Below, one piece after another: positions 28,965 through 38,221 of a stretch of DNA of 64,000 nt. The translations under genes and the position numbers were made by a program. Origin of the DNA: an uncultured Dehalococcoidia bacterium. GTDB lineage: Bacteria > Chloroflexota > Dehalococcoidia > Lucifugimonadales > UBA3495. How positions within the stretch are numbered: position 1 is the stretch's first letter; every line of letters starts with the position of its first letter. A model generated the notes under the pieces. That model had not been told where the DNA came from. It saw only the letters and a program-made list of their open reading frames with translations, and ran no database searches. The stretch spans positions 32,001 to 96,000 of the forward strand of contig CATMOE010000002.1 of NCBI GenBank assembly GCA_950072105.1. Direction: 5' to 3'.

Positions 28965-29002
28965 GTCAGCGTTCCCCGCGCAACTCTTCAGGAGATCTGT
29001 CC

Positions 29003-29872
29003 ATGAGCAGTAGCCCACAAACCGAACAGGGCCACCACCCTTCGACCAAGCAGTACGTATTGGTGGCCATTATCCTGTTTGCCATCACTATCGTCGAATT
29101 CTTTATCATCTTCCCCGATAAAGACCTCATCGGCGCCGCTAAGATACCGGTCCTCGTCTTTCTATCGGCGATCAAATTCGCCATCGTAATCATGTTCTAC
29201 ATGCACCTGAAGTTCGACCACAGAATGTTCACCATATTCTTTCTCGCCGGCCTGGCCTTGGCATTCGCGGCGGGGATCGCGGTACTGGCGATGTTCACTG
29301 CTTTGGGGGGCCAGCCCCGGGCTTACGCCCTCGCCAACGCCATCCCCTATGTGGAAGGCGAACACGGTGCAGAGACTGCCAAGCCTACTGCCGTTCCGCT
29401 ACCGACCGCGCCACCCATCGACAGCACTGCCCCAGAATCCACCACTCCGGATGCCGCTCCGACTACCGCGTCCACATCGGAGGAAAAGCCATCGGTAGGA
29501 TCGGGGGCTGCGGTTTCCTTGGAAATAGGAACGAACGGCGACGCGCTTGAGTTCAGCGAGTCCGCACTGTCCGCGGATAGCGGCTCCCAGGTTACGCTGA
29601 CCTTTACCAACGGTTCTTCCGCCATCCAGCATAACTGGGTGATGGTGAAAGCGGGCGCCAGAGACGAGGTAGCCGCGGCTGGAACCGCCGCCGGCCCAGG
29701 GGCAGACTGGATACCCGCCGGAGACGACCGGATAATAGCCGCCACGGGATTGCTGAACGCGGGAGCCTCCGAAGAGGTGACCTTCACCGCGCCCGCGCCG
29801 GGGACCTACGAGTTCGTATGCACCTTCCCCGGACACAACTTCTCCATGTTCGGAGATTTCACAGTCAAGTAA
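29003..29872 (+). CDS. Cytochrome c oxidase subunit IV fused to an auracyanin/azurin-like blue-copper domain
   Basis: N-terminal SAIKFAIVIMFYMHLKFD; P/T/S linker; C-terminal HNWV...YEFVCTFPGHNFSM. Confidence 0.88.
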   Translation: MSSSPQTEQGHHPSTKQYVLVAIILFAITIVEFFIIFPDKDLIGAAKIPVLVFLSAIKFAIVIMFYMHLKFDHRMFTIFFLAGLALAFAAGIAVLAMFTALGGQPRAYALANAIPYVEGEHGAETAKPTAVPLPTAPPIDSTAPESTTPDAAPTTASTSEEKPSVGSGAAVSLEIGTNGDALEFSESALSADSGSQVTLTFTNGSSAIQHNWVMVKAGARDEVAAAGTAAGPGADWIPAGDDRIIAATGLLNAGASEEVTFTAPAPGTYEFVCTFPGHNFSMFGDFTVK

Positions 29873-29903
29873 AAGGAGTTCCACCCGAGATTTATTGGGC
29901 GCC

Positions 29904-29938
29904 AAGCGCTCCCGGCGGATTCGCAAGGAGCGCTTTTT
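29904..29938 (+). terminator. Rho-independent terminator of the cta operon
   Basis: AAGCGCTCC...GGAGCGCTT stem ending in a T run. Confidence 0.7.
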
Positions 29939-29949
29939 GCTGCCTTGGG

Positions 29950-30291
29950 TCAGCCAGACGTCAATCCGGTAAATTGCCCATCCTCACCGGTGATCAAGCC
30001 CAGAACCCCCACAACCGCGTCAGTATTGATCGGCCCATAGATATGAGGATAGACCGTCCCCGATCGGGCGGCTTCGTGTTTGATGGGGGAAACCAGGCGA
30101 TCAACGTCCAGTTCCAATACCAGCATATCGTCCCTGCCCTTAAACAGGCGGTTGGCCACCTCTATCGCCTGAGAATGGTCTTTGGAACAGTGGATAAACC
30201 CTTCTGATTCCAGGCTCTCGGCCGCATATTCTTCCAAGCCACCGGCAGCTTCCCAATCGGACACAGGGGCCAAGTGGTAGATCATCGCCAT
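29950..30291 (-). CDS. DUF952 family protein
   Basis: IYHL, SLESEGFIHCS, YPHIYGPIN. Confidence 0.9.
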   Translation of the reverse strand: MAMIYHLAPVSDWEAAGGLEEYAAESLESEGFIHCSKDHSQAIEVANRLFKGRDDMLVLELDVDRLVSPIKHEAARSGTVYPHIYGPINTDAVVGVLGLITGEDGQFTGLTSG

Positions 30292-30463
30292 ATCATTTCC
30301 GCCTCAGATGTTGTTGACCTTATTAACCGAAATCATTTTACCGGCCTCGGTCCAAGAGAGCCATAGCTACGAGACAAGGGACCACGTCGAATGATAGGAT
30401 GGGGACGGAAAATCCCAGGCGTCCGGCCACCTAAGGCTAACGGGCGGGAATGGAGCGGCAGGA

Positions 30464-31153
30464 ATGCAGGCAGAGCAACACCAAGGAGCCGGACTAAAGT
30501 ACCTAACCATAACCCCGGACGGGTACGACCCCGAATTGCCGTATCCGTTAATGGTCATGCTCCACGGCTTCGGCGCCAACATGCAGGACCTGGCCGGACT
30601 GGCTCCGGTGATCAGCTCCACCGGGTACGTGTACGCCTGCCCCAACGCTCCCATAACCTTCGACCTGGGCGGAGGTCACATGGGCTATGGCTGGACGTCC
30701 CCGAGGGACCTGTACAAAGAAGGGGAGGTTGAAGAGGCCGAGAAGTTGTTAGACGGCTTCTTTAGCGAAGTATTCGAGAGATTCAAAGTTGGACCGGACC
30801 GTACCATCCTCATGGGGTTTTCCCAAGGGGGCCGAATGACCTACCGCTGCGGCTTGGGGCGGCCCGAGCCCTTCGCGGGGCTCGCCGCTTTGAGCGCTTC
30901 CCTCTCCGAGCCCGAGGAGCTAGAAGGCCGGCTTCCCGAGGACCGTAGCCAACCTATCTTCGTCGCCCACGGAACGTCAGACCCCCAGGTGCCGGCGGAG
31001 AGGGCCCACAACGCGATCAAGTGGTTTGAGAAGTTTGGCTTTCAACCCGAGTATCATGAATACAACATGGGCCACTCGATCAGCGATGAGGTGCTTAACG
31101 ACTTGATACTGTGGATGGGTAAGATTTTGCCGCCACAGGAACCCGGCAAATAA
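30464..31153 (+). CDS. Phospholipase/carboxylesterase
   Basis: MLHGFGAN, GFSQGG, HGTSDP, MGHSI catalytic triad motifs. Confidence 0.9.
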   Translation: MQAEQHQGAGLKYLTITPDGYDPELPYPLMVMLHGFGANMQDLAGLAPVISSTGYVYACPNAPITFDLGGGHMGYGWTSPRDLYKEGEVEEAEKLLDGFFSEVFERFKVGPDRTILMGFSQGGRMTYRCGLGRPEPFAGLAALSASLSEPEELEGRLPEDRSQPIFVAHGTSDPQVPAERAHNAIKWFEKFGFQPEYHEYNMGHSISDEVLNDLILWMGKILPPQEPGK

Positions 31154-31263
31154 GTCGAACAGGCGGCCGGTTCAAAGCTTACCCACACCACGAGCCCAGC
31201 CATCTCCCGCGGACATCCCTCGCCAGTGGGCATCGCGCCTGTCTTAGTGGGATAATAGACTGG

Positions 31264-32487
31264 ATGACCTTGATTTTCCAACTCAGCCGCCTATTAAGCC
31301 TCCGCACCGTGCCATTCCTTTCCTTGGCCATCGCGCCGGCTATGCTGCTCTTGGCCACGGCGGCCTGTGGTGGTGGCGAACCAGCTGCTTTCCCCTCCCC
31401 TGAAGCCGACTCGACAATAGCGCCCGCTGCTACCCAGACTCCGCTCCCAGTGGCCACCAGCACACCTCAACCACCCCCAACACCAACCACGGCAGCCCTT
31501 TCCGCCGTAAAAAGCTCAATCGTAAGCCTGCCGGGCGACGAGGGCGCCCACCTTACGGCTCTCGAATGGTGGTACTTCAACGGCTTCCTAACCGACGATA
31601 CCGGCGCCGAATACAGCTTCCACTACGTCACCTTCCAGTCGGTGCTGCCCAACGGCCTTACGCCCCGGTTGTTGCAATTGAGCTGGGCTGACCATGGCAA
31701 AAATGTTCACCTAACCGCCGAACGTCCCGCCCTACCTTTGCTTGAAGCAACCCAAGGAGACTTCGCATTCCAGGTCAACGACTGGAGCATGGCCGGAGAC
31801 GGTAAGAAATATTCCATGTCGTTCAACACCGGCGAGTACTCCGCCGTATTGCAGGCCGTTTCTGAAAAACCCGCTGTCCTGCATCAGGGGAAAGGACTGG
31901 TGGAACTGGGCCGCGCCGGAGCGTCCTACTACTATTCGCGAACCCGCCTGAAAATGTCAGGCACCCTGAACATTGGCCACGAGCAAAGGCAGGTCTCCGG
32001 TATGGCTTGGATGGATCACCAATGGGGGGATTTCAGCATGACGCCGGTGGGTTGGGACTGGTTGAGCCTACAACTGGACGACGGCTCGGACTTGATGATT
32101 TCCCTGGTTTGGGACTCTTCTGACCACCAACCAATCGTCAGCTACGGCACCTACGTGGCGCCCAACGGCCAACCTAGGAATTTGGCCGGTGAAGACATCT
32201 CGTTGATCGCCACCGGATCGTGGACCAGCGCCGTCACGGAAACCACTTACCCGGTGGGCTGGGATCTGGAGGTGAAGTCTTTGGACCTGGAATTGACGCT
32301 CACGCCGGCGCTCTTGGATTCCGAATTCCAGGGTAGCAAGTTCGTACCACAAGCCTACTGGGAAGGGTCTATCAAGGCGGCCGGGACGCTGCACGGACGG
32401 AGTGTGGCCGGAAGAGGCTTCGCGGAGCTGGTGGGCTACGATACCCGGGAGTTCTCGTTCCCGAATCTTGGGGACACCAGGAGATAA
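31264..32487 (+). CDS. AttH/CrtC-like (lipocalin-like) lipoprotein
   Basis: Lipobox TAAC, EWWYFNG, SYYYSRTR, AWMDHQW, GWDWLSLQL, YWEG, GFAELVGY. Confidence 0.88.
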   Translation: MTLIFQLSRLLSLRTVPFLSLAIAPAMLLLATAACGGGEPAAFPSPEADSTIAPAATQTPLPVATSTPQPPPTPTTAALSAVKSSIVSLPGDEGAHLTALEWWYFNGFLTDDTGAEYSFHYVTFQSVLPNGLTPRLLQLSWADHGKNVHLTAERPALPLLEATQGDFAFQVNDWSMAGDGKKYSMSFNTGEYSAVLQAVSEKPAVLHQGKGLVELGRAGASYYYSRTRLKMSGTLNIGHEQRQVSGMAWMDHQWGDFSMTPVGWDWLSLQLDDGSDLMISLVWDSSDHQPIVSYGTYVAPNGQPRNLAGEDISLIATGSWTSAVTETTYPVGWDLEVKSLDLELTLTPALLDSEFQGSKFVPQAYWEGSIKAAGTLHGRSVAGRGFAELVGYDTREFSFPNLGDTRR

Positions 32488-32500
32488 AAGGCTACATCAC

Positions 32501-32740
32501 TTAGCCTTGATCGGCCTCACGAATCATTTCCGCCAACCGAGCCTGCTCGCCTGGCACATCTTCCGGTTGCACGGGTATGGGCAGGGCGCTCAACCGCTGC
32601 AAAACCGTCGTTTCCAGCACAGACGTCTCCTGGTCCGACAACTCCCACCGCCGAGCTACGTCATCGGCGCCATACAGCACGGCCTGGCGGAATCCATAAT
32701 CGGCCACGGCCCGATCGGCTATCTCAATCACTTTATCCAT
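32501..32740 (-). CDS. Small hypothetical protein (79 aa)
   Basis: GGAGGT RBS; co-oriented downstream of the SDR. Confidence 0.7.
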   Translation of the reverse strand: MDKVIEIADRAVADYGFRQAVLYGADDVARRWELSDQETSVLETTVLQRLSALPIPVQPEDVPGEQARLAEMIREADQG

Positions 32741-32760
32741 TTTGACCTCCCCCCGGACGG

Positions 32761-33531
32761 CTAGGTAGCCAAGGCCCAGGCGCCACCGTCGATGATGTAG
32801 GTGCTGCCGCTGACGTAGGAGGCTTCCTCCGAAGTCAGCCAGGTTATCAGGTTTGCTACCTCATCGGGACGTCCCACCCTTCCCATTGGATGCTCCACGT
32901 TTCGCTCTTGAAACGTCTCGGCGCTGGCGGTGCTGCCCCGCATCTGGGGTGTGTCGATACCGCCGGGGGCGATGCAATTGACCCGCACGCCCTGATGGGT
33001 GTACTGAGCGGCGGCCACTTTAGTCAGGTGGATCACGCCCGCCTTGCTGACGGCGTAGGGGACAGAATAGGCCACGCCCCGCACTCCTGACATGGAAGAG
33101 ATATTAACGATGGACCCGCCACCGTGCTCCAGCATCGCCGGTATCGCGTACTTGCAGCAGTAGAACGTCCCTTTAAGATTGGTGTCCATGGTCAGGTCCC
33201 AGTCCACGTCCTCTACGTCGACCAAGGGAGGTGTCCGGATCAGGATGGCGGCGCCGTTGACCAATCCGTCCAGCCTGCCGAACTTGGATACTGTGTCCTC
33301 TACCATCTGCTTTACTTGGCTGGAACGGGATATGTCGACCCTGGATACCGCCGAGTTCTGGTCGTTACCTTCCATCAATTCCCGGGTCTCTTCCGCCCCC
33401 GCCTGATTCCGGTCGGCGACGACTACCTTGGCGCCTTCCTGCCGGAGGCGGTAACAGGTGGCCCGGCCGATGCCCGACCCGCCACCGGTTACAATCACCA
33501 CTTTATTCTCCATTCTTCCGGCCAACAGCAC
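32761..33531 (-). CDS. Classical SDR oxidoreductase
   Basis: TGGGSGIG, NGAA, YAVSK, RVNCIAPG, IDGG. Confidence 0.92.
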   Translation of the reverse strand: MLLAGRMENKVVIVTGGGSGIGRATCYRLRQEGAKVVVADRNQAGAEETRELMEGNDQNSAVSRVDISRSSQVKQMVEDTVSKFGRLDGLVNGAAILIRTPPLVDVEDVDWDLTMDTNLKGTFYCCKYAIPAMLEHGGGSIVNISSMSGVRGVAYSVPYAVSKAGVIHLTKVAAAQYTHQGVRVNCIAPGGIDTPQMRGSTASAETFQERNVEHPMGRVGRPDEVANLITWLTSEEASYVSGSTYIIDGGAWALAT

Positions 33532-33574
33532 CTCCCCAGATCCAGATCAGCCTCAAGTTTCTGCCGCGTTGGAG

Positions 33575-33583
33575 ATTATAGCA
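33575..33583 (-). promoter_or_regulatory. Extended -10 element (TGCTATAAT) upstream of the SDR
   Basis: ATTATAGCA on the + strand, about 44 nt before the SDR start. Confidence 0.5.
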
Positions 33584-33588
33584 CGGGG

Positions 33589-33622
33589 AAAATCCCCCCA
33601 ACCCCCCTTTACGAAAGAGGGC
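33589..33622. repeat. REP-like element (AATCCCCCCAACCCCCCTTTACGAAAGAGGGC)
   Basis: C-run/G-run hairpin; its reverse complement resembles the rejoined flanks of the 18.8-20.5 kb island. Confidence 0.6.
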
Positions 33623-33723
33623 GATTCAAGAGACCCTTGCGCCCTCACACCATCGGCGTTATTATGCAAACCTCGTGTGTCCGGACGGCTACACCTAACT
33701 TATAAAAAGGATCCGGTGCCTGG

Positions 33724-34821
33724 TTGACCACCTCGAATCTACGCACACCTCTATACTCAGCTCATGTCGCCTTGGGAGCACGCATCGTTCCCTTCGGCGG
33801 GTGGGACATGCCGGTGCAATACACCGGGATCTTGGGGGAGGTGGCCGCGGTCCGTACCGGCACGGGTTTGTTCGACGTGTCTCACATGGGCCGACTATAC
33901 ATCTCGGGGCCCCGGGCCACGGAGTTTCTGGACTGGGTGCTCACCGGCTCAGTTGAAAGCCTCCGGGTGGGCCGTGCCCGCTACTGCATGATCTGCAACG
34001 AAAAGGGTGGGGTGATCGACGATACGATCTTCTACCGGTTGGCTGAGGACCGCTACCTGCTTATACCCAACGCCGGCAACCGCGATACGGTAGTCGCCTG
34101 GTTCCAGCGTTGGCTTGATGAAAAACTCCCCACCGGTTGTGAGATCGAAGACCGCACCGAAGCCACGGCCTTGCTGGCGCTGCAAGGCCCAGCCGCCGCC
34201 GAGGCCATGGACCGTCTATGCAGCGAACCTCCATCGTCTATGCGCCCTTTCTCCTGGCAGGAGAATCAATTTCAGGGTACGCCGGTACTGCTAGGACGCA
34301 CCGGTTATACCGGAGAAGACGGCTTTGAGATAGTGGCCGACGCGGACCAAGCCGCGTCCCTCTGGCAGACATTGACGGAGCACGGAGCGACGCCCTGTGG
34401 ATTGGGGGCCAGAGACGTGCTCCGATTAGAGGCAGGCCTGCCCCTCCACGGGCACGAGATAGACGAAAATACCACGCCCATCGAGGCCGGTCTGGAGAGA
34501 TTCGTTCGGTTCGACAAGGAGTATGTGGGCTCCGATGTTCTACGCGGCCAGCATGAGAAAGGTGTGGCGCGCAAGCTCATCGGTCTGAAGATGCCGGGCC
34601 GGAGCGCCCCAAGAGCGGAGTACGCCATCCTGGACCAAGGCCAACCCGTCGGCAGGGTTACCAGCGGCAGCTACTCCCCCACTCTTGACACCAGCATTGC
34701 CATGGGCTACGTTGGCGCGAGCCGCGCCGAAGCTGGGACGATGCTGGAAGTGGATATACGAGGCCGCACCGCCCCAGTTGAAGTGACGCCTCTCCCCTTC
34801 TACACAAGGCCAAGGAGATAG
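33724..34821 (+). CDS. gcvT: Glycine cleavage system aminomethyltransferase T
   Basis: [47 protein letters not shown]. Confidence 0.96.
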   Translation: MTTSNLRTPLYSAHVALGARIVPFGGWDMPVQYTGILGEVAAVRTGTGLFDVSHMGRLYISGPRATEFLDWVLTGSVESLRVGRARYCMICNEKGGVIDDTIFYRLAEDRYLLIPNAGNRDTVVAWFQRWLDEKLPTGCEIEDRTEATALLALQGPAAAEAMDRLCSEPPSSMRPFSWQENQFQGTPVLLGRTGYTGEDGFEIVADADQAASLWQTLTEHGATPCGLGARDVLRLEAGLPLHGHEIDENTTPIEAGLERFVRFDKEYVGSDVLRGQHEKGVARKLIGLKMPGRSAPRAEYAILDQGQPVGRVTSGSYSPTLDTSIAMGYVGASRAEAGTMLEVDIRGRTAPVEVTPLPFYTRPRR

Positions 34822-34825
34822 CAGA

Positions 34826-35212
34826 TTGAGCCCCGACGACCGCAAATACTCAAAGGAACATGAATGGGTCAAGATGGAGGACGCCACCCAAGCCTTGGCC
34901 GGAATCACCGTATACGCCCAGGACCAGTTGGGGGACATCGTCTATGTAGACCTGCCCAAGACCGGCGCGACCATCAGATTCATGGAGAAGATGGGCGAAG
35001 TGGAGTCGGTAAAGGCGGTTTCAGATCTGTTTTCTCCAATCACCGGTGAGGTAACCGAGGTCAACGAACGCCTGCTTGACCATCCGGAGTTGGTCAACGA
35101 AGACCCACTGGGAGAAGGCTGGATGATGCGAGTGACCGTCTCCGATGCCGCCGAGTTGGACCAGCTTATGTCGGCCGAAGAGTACGAGGCATTCCTCAGC
35201 GGTTTGTCGTGA
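34826..35212 (+). CDS. gcvH: Glycine cleavage system H protein
   Basis: YSKEHEW, AQDQLGDIVYV, lipoyl VESVKAVSD. Confidence 0.97.
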   Translation: MSPDDRKYSKEHEWVKMEDATQALAGITVYAQDQLGDIVYVDLPKTGATIRFMEKMGEVESVKAVSDLFSPITGEVTEVNERLLDHPELVNEDPLGEGWMMRVTVSDAAELDQLMSAEEYEAFLSGLS

Positions 35213-36633
35213 CCGTCTCCAACCGGGCGGCAGACTCTTCGTCTAGTGCCCCATTCCAATTCCCGTATATCCCGAATACGCCCGATGAACAGGCGGCGAT
35301 GCTGGCTACCTTGGGAGTCGCGTCCATCGACGAACTGTTCCAGGACATTCCGGAGGAGTTCCGCAACCCACCCCTGGACCTCCCTCAACCAATGTCCGAA
35401 TTGGAAGTCCAGAAGGAACTGGACGGTTTGGCGTCACGAAACCGGGCGTTGGCCAGCGGTCCCTCTTTCCTAGGCGCGGGCTGTTACAACCATTTCATTC
35501 CAGCCATCGTCAAAGCGTTGATGACCCGGGGCGAGTTCCTGACCGCGTATACGCCCTACCAAGCGGAAGCCAGCCAGGGCACGTTGCAGGTCATCTACGA
35601 GTTCCAAACCCTGATAAGCCACCTCTACGGCATGGAGGTGGCCAACGCCGGGATGTACGACGGCGCCACCAGCCTGGCCGAAGGGGTACTCATGGCCTGC
35701 CGGGTGACCCGGCGGAGCCGTGTGGCCGTTGCCGATACCCTGTCCCCTTTTTACCGGCAAGTGATTGGGACCTATTGCCAAGCCCAGGGGATAGAGATTC
35801 AAAGTGTCTCGCCCAGCCCATCACCGGCTCTCGACGGGGAAACGGCATGCCTGGTGGTCCAATACCCCAACTTCTACGGTTATATCGAAGACTTGGCCGG
35901 GCTGACCGAGGCCGCCCATGCCCAGGGAGCGTTGATCGTCGTTTCCGCCGACCCAATGGCGATGGGGATGTTCCAGCCGCCCGGCCATTACGGGGCCGAC
36001 ATCGTCACCGGCGAGGGTCAGCCGCTAGGCATACCTCCCAGCTACGGCGGTCCTTACGTCGGCCTTTTCTCCACAAAACAGGAATACATCCGGCAGATGC
36101 CCAGCCGCCTATCGGGCCGAACCTTGGACAACCAGGGGAGGACCGGTTACGTGCTGACCCTGCAGACACGGGAGCAGCACATCCGCCGGGAGCGGGCCAC
36201 CAGCAACATTTGCACCAACGAGGCTCTGTACGCCTTGGCAGCGACCATTTACCTGGCCGCTTTAGGTAAACAAGGCCTGCAAAGTGTGGCCGAGCTCTGC
36301 TACCAAAAGGCCCATTACGCCGCCGCCCGCATCGCCCAGTTGCCCGGCTACACCCTACCAATCCAGGGCACGTTTTTCCAAGAATTCGTGGTCCAGTGTC
36401 CCGTCCCACCAAACAGTATCAACCGCCGTCTTCTTGAACAGAACATTTTGGGTGGTCTAGACCTAAACGAAGCGTATTCCAACGTCCCCCCTTCAGAAGG
36501 GGGGACCACCGGTGGGTCGCCGTCCCAACCGGCGGGAGACTTCACCAACGCCATGCTTCTATGCGTTACCGAGATGAACTCCCGACAAGAGATCGACGCG
36601 CTGGTAGAGGCGCTGTCGGAGTTCAGCCGATGA
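35209..36633 (+). CDS. gcvPA: Glycine dehydrogenase subunit 1
   Basis: FLGAG.Y.H, TAYTPYQAE.SQG.LQ, TREQHIRRERATSNICTN. Confidence 0.96.
   Translation: MTVSNRAADSSSSAPFQFPYIPNTPDEQAAMLATLGVASIDELFQDIPEEFRNPPLDLPQPMSELEVQKELDGLASRNRALASGPSFLGAGCYNHFIPAIVKALMTRGEFLTAYTPYQAEASQGTLQVIYEFQTLISHLYGMEVANAGMYDGATSLAEGVLMACRVTRRSRVAVADTLSPFYRQVIGTYCQAQGIEIQSVSPSPSPALDGETACLVVQYPNFYGYIEDLAGLTEAAHAQGALIVVSADPMAMGMFQPPGHYGADIVTGEGQPLGIPPSYGGPYVGLFSTKQEYIRQMPSRLSGRTLDNQGRTGYVLTLQTREQHIRRERATSNICTNEALYALAATIYLAALGKQGLQSVAELCYQKAHYAAARIAQLPGYTLPIQGTFFQEFVVQCPVPPNSINRRLLEQNILGGLDLNEAYSNVPPSEGGTTGGSPSQPAGDFTNAMLLCVTEMNSRQEIDALVEALSEFSR
36484..36506. repeat. Perfect palindrome inside gcvPA (REP-like, in frame)
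   Basis: GTCCCCCCTTC-A-GAAGGGGGGAC. Confidence 0.7.
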
Positions 36634-38102
36634 CCGGCGGCGGCAACCGGGACACTACCAAGCTGCTGATGGAGCGCAGCGTTCCCGGACGCGTGGGAGC
36701 GGTGCTGCCCCAGCCGGACGTGCCCGCCCAACCCCTTCCTGACCCATCGTTGTTGCGCACCGCATTGGATCTGCCGGAAGTATCCGAGCCGGAAATCGTT
36801 CAGTACTTCACTGCGTTGAGCCAGCGCAACTTTTCCATCGACACTCATTTCTACCCCTTGGGTAGCTGTACCATGAAGTACAACCCCAAGATTAACGACG
36901 AGGTGTCCTTCCTGCCGGGACTCGCTGGGATCCATCCGCTGCAACCGCCGGAGTCCGCCCAAGGCGCGTTGGAGCTCCTGTACCGGCTACAGGGATTCCT
37001 GGCCGAGATTACCGGGCTGCCGGGAGTAGGTCTGTCTACTTTGGCCGGGGCCCACGGCGAGCTGGCCGGCATGTTGATGATGCGGGCCTACCATCTGGCC
37101 CGGGGCGACACCAACCGCCGCCAAGTGCTGATTCCCGACAGCGCCCACGGCACAAATCCGGCCTCGGCGGCCATGGCGGGGTTCGACGTGGTCACCGTGG
37201 CTTCCGACGATCAAGGGAACGTGGACCTGAAGGCCCTTCACGAGTTGGTTGGACCAAACCTGGCCGGAGTGATGATAACCCTGCCCAGCACACTGGGGCT
37301 GTTCGACACCGGAATAGTAGAGGTCTGCCAAACAGTCCACCAAGCCGGTGGGTTGGTTTACGGCGACGGCGCCAACATGAACGCTCTGCTGGGCCGGGTG
37401 AAGCTGGGGCCACTGGGTTTCGACGTTGTCCACCTGAACCTGCACAAGACCTTCAGCACACCCCATGGCGGCGGCGGTCCCGGCGCGGGGCCGGTATGCG
37501 TGACCGACTCCCTTATTCCCCATCTACCAGCCCCGGTGGTAACTCAAAGCAGCGGCGACGGCGCGCCGGTGTACGGTTTAGCGGCGCCGGAGAGAACGAT
37601 TGGCAAATTGAGCGGCTTTCACGGGAATTTTGGCGTACTGGTTCGCGCTTTCACCTACATATTGACGCTGGGCGGAGAAGGATTACGCGCCATCAGCGGC
37701 AACGCGGTGCTGAACGCCAACTACCTGATGGACGCCCTCAAGGACACTTACTACCTGCCCTACGACCGCCGTTGCATGCATGAGGCCGTCTTCTCCGCCG
37801 ATTGGCAGAAGGCCCGGGGCGCCAGCGGCTTGGAGATCGTCAAGAGGCTTCTCGACTACGGCTTCCACGCCCCCACTCTGTACTTCCCGCTGATCGTTCA
37901 CGAAGCGCTGATGATCGAGCCAACCGAGTCCGAAACCCGGGAAACCTTGGACGCATTTATCCAAGCGTTGCGAGACATCGACCGGGAAGTCACCGAAAAC
38001 CCCGAACTGGTTCGCGGCGCACCCCACACCACCCCAGTGTCCCGCCTAGACGAAGCCACCGCCGCCCGGCAACCAGACCTAAGGTGGCGCGCGGCGGGGT
38101 AG
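36630..38102 (+). CDS. gcvPB: Glycine dehydrogenase subunit 2
   Basis: YPLGSCTMKYNP, SAHGTNPAS, HLNLHKTFSTPHGGGGPG, MIEPTESE. ATGA overlap with gcvPA. Confidence 0.96.
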   Translation: MTGGGNRDTTKLLMERSVPGRVGAVLPQPDVPAQPLPDPSLLRTALDLPEVSEPEIVQYFTALSQRNFSIDTHFYPLGSCTMKYNPKINDEVSFLPGLAGIHPLQPPESAQGALELLYRLQGFLAEITGLPGVGLSTLAGAHGELAGMLMMRAYHLARGDTNRRQVLIPDSAHGTNPASAAMAGFDVVTVASDDQGNVDLKALHELVGPNLAGVMITLPSTLGLFDTGIVEVCQTVHQAGGLVYGDGANMNALLGRVKLGPLGFDVVHLNLHKTFSTPHGGGGPGAGPVCVTDSLIPHLPAPVVTQSSGDGAPVYGLAAPERTIGKLSGFHGNFGVLVRAFTYILTLGGEGLRAISGNAVLNANYLMDALKDTYYLPYDRRCMHEAVFSADWQKARGASGLEIVKRLLDYGFHAPTLYFPLIVHEALMIEPTESETRETLDAFIQALRDIDREVTENPELVRGAPHTTPVSRLDEATAARQPDLRWRAAG

Positions 38103-38123
38103 ATTGGTGTAGATTGCGATAGG

Positions 38124-38190
38124 TGGTTCGACGGGCTCACCACGAACGGAGGGGACTCTTCCTTACGTTCGTCCTGAGCTTGTCGAAGGA
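38124..38190. repeat. Inverted pair of REP-like palindromes between convergent genes
   Basis: TGGTTCGACGGGCTCACCACGAACG ... CGTTCGTCCTGAGCTTGTCGAAGGA. Confidence 0.75.
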
Positions 38191-38221
38191 CCGGGACTAC
38201 CAAGTTTAACAAGCCAGAAGT

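Noticed and set aside
33532..33723. Glycine riboswitch upstream of gcvT
   Set aside because: No GGAGA...GAAG...CTCTCAGG aptamer pattern; the region holds a promoter and a REP-like element instead.
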